DNA of 64,000 nucleotides from Plasmodiophora brassicae (Eukaryota): NCBI GenBank assembly GCA_036867785.1, contig CP145418.1, positions 806,001 to 870,000 of the forward strand, read 5' to 3'. Shown piece by piece: positions 62,111 to 64,000 of this stretch (position 1 is its first letter; each line of letters starts with the position of its first letter). The notes under the pieces were generated by a model. It saw only the letters and a program-made list of their open reading frames with translations, ran no database searches and was not told where the DNA came from. The position numbers and the translations under genes were made by a program.

Positions 62111-64000
62111 ATGCAGATTGTTCCGACGACGGGTCCTGAGATCGAGCACAAGCTCGAGCGGGTCCGACAGTGTGCGCGCAATGGCGGTCTGTCACTCGAG
62201 CAGCGTCGCCGGGCGCTGAAGTCGATCCGGGCGTTCTTGGTGGACAATCGCGAGGCGCTGATTGAAGTCATGGCCATTGATTTGCGCAAGCCGCTTATGG
62301 AGTCGAACCTCCTCGAGATCCAGTACGTGATTAACGATGTCGATCACGCGCTGAGCAATTTGTCGTCGTGGATGCGCCCGAAGTATGTGCCGACGCCAGC
62401 GGTTGCATTCCCGGCCCAGTCCCGGGTCGTCTACCGCCCACTTGGCGTCGTGCTTGTCATTGTGCCTTTCAACTGTAAGCTCCGCACGTCATTGGCGTAT
62501 CGATATGGGGTTTGACTGTTGTTGTTGTTGTTGTTGTTGTTCAAAGTCCCTGTGCAGTTGTCCTTCGGTCCCATGATTTCTGCAATCGCAGCAGGGAACA
62601 CTGTTGTCCTGAAGATGTCGGAAATGACGGCTGCGACGTCAAACCTGATCGCGGACCTGCTTCCAAAGTATCTTGACGAGTCGATCCTGGCAGTTGTGCA
62701 AGGCGCTGCTACAGAAACGCAAATGCTACTGAAGCACAAGTTTGACCATATCTTCTTCACTGGTAGTGAGCGAGTCGGTCGCATCGTTCTTGCTGCCGCT
62801 GCCCCACACTTGACGCCAGGTGATCAGGCTGTCTGCGACAACTGTTGTGGTTCTGACACACGATTTGATGCCCAACAGTGACGCTGGAACTTGGAGGCAA
62901 ATCGCCAGCAATCGTGTCGAGCTCTGCCAACGTTGCCGTTGCCGCGAAGCGCATCATGTGGTCGAAGTGGATTAACGCAGGACAGGTAGGCAGAATCACA
63001 CGTGTCTCATACGCTCCTTGTCTTTACGATGCATGCTACGTCCTGCAGGTCTGTATCGCCGCCGACTACGCGATTGTGGATGAGAGCGTGTACGACGAGT
63101 TCATTAACGAATGCCGTCGCGCTGTCGTGTCGTTTTCCGGTGGCGTCGATCCAAAGTCTAGCCCAGACTTCTGTCGCATCATCACCAAGGTCCAGGGTCC
63201 CAGTCGCACCACTGCCGTGGTATCTGATAACGTTTTGTAGGAACATACTGAACGTCTCAAAGGCCTCCTGGATAGCTGCCGAGACTTAATCGTCTTTGGT
63301 GGCGATACCGACATTGGGGAGAGGTTCTGCGCTCCAACCGTTGTTGGTCCAGTCCGTGTCAACTGCGATCTGATGAAAAGCGAGGTCCACCTGCTTGTAC
63401 GATGCTATCTGCGTCGGACTGATCGTGTTCGGATAGATCTTCGGCCCGATTCTCCCCGTTATCCAAGTCGGCTGCATCGCGGATGCAGTTGATATCATCT
63501 CCAAGAACCCAAACCCGCTGGCGCTCTATGTGTTCGGGACGAAAAAGCAGGCGGAAAACATCTTCTCCAAGACGAAATCCGGTATGCACACCGACGGACA
63601 GGTCGTGGGTATCTGATCGTGGCGTATTGCGCTACAGGCAGCGCTTGTGTGAACGATTGTGTCTTCCAGAACAGCAATACAGATCTCCCGTTTGGCGGCA
63701 TCGGAAGCAGCGGAATGTAGTGCTGGCTCTGTTATAACATCACCGATTGGGGGATGACCTCTTGTCCCATAGGGGGAAGGCACATGGCGAGACTGGCTTC
63801 CGTACATTCAGCCATGCGCACTCGATACTGTACAGGACGGACGCCAGCATATTCGATGTTCCGCAACGTTATCCGCCCTGTAACGTCCGCCATGTCGTTG
63901 CGCACAAGGGCACGGGTCTGACTCGGGGCCCCGACAGATACTGCTGCGGCTGAGCGCTTCTTGCTGTTCGTAATGCGCGCAACCAAGATTAATTCGCGAA
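62111..64000 (+). CDS. Fatty aldehyde dehydrogenase (ALDH3/Hfd1-like), multi-exon, truncated by the window end
   Basis: PLGVVLVIVPFN-FP, FFTGSERVG, TLELGGKSP, WINAGQ-VCIAADY, E-IFGPILP, PFGGIGSSGM. Confidence 0.9.
62518..62541. repeat. (GTT)n microsatellite inside an ALDH intron
   Basis: About eight GTT units. Confidence 0.9.

Noticed and set aside
1-64000. tRNA, rRNA or other ncRNA genes
   Set aside because: None recognised by eye; a covariance-model search would be needed to exclude them.

Overview
Gene-dense, GC-rich eukaryotic DNA with many short (~48-65 nt) GT-AG introns. The style and gene content (secreted Skp1-like/ankyrin protein, chitin deacetylase, many 7TM genes) suggest a plasmodiophorid protist such as Plasmodiophora brassicae; this is inference and was not verified. 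Recognisable genes: Nup85, two DHHC-family acyltransferases (both with non-canonical motifs), Roadblock/LC7, two tandem 7TM-RGS fusions, a CE4 deacetylase, an RsmE-like methyltransferase, a PH-PH-RGS-like-FHA protein, a MABP/Sec7-like/PH/FYVE-like protein, an ELO-like elongase, GRAM-VASt, Mpo1, an EHD/dynamin-like GTPase, a WW-MyTH4 myosin, LCB1 and ALDH3. The most striking structure is an ~18 kb head-to-tail array (11.2-29.4 kb) of ten paralogues encoding signal peptide + PA-like ectodomain + 7 TM helices. Seven are intact and three are pseudogenes. The copies are mosaic, and at least one Helitron Rep fragment (probably two) sits at the duplication junctions. RGS-domain genes lie on both sides of the array. 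Two other tandem pairs of orphan genes are notable: secreted glycine-zipper proteins, and type I membrane proteins with a near-invariant cytosolic tail. All exon structures and domain calls were made by eye, with no database searches.
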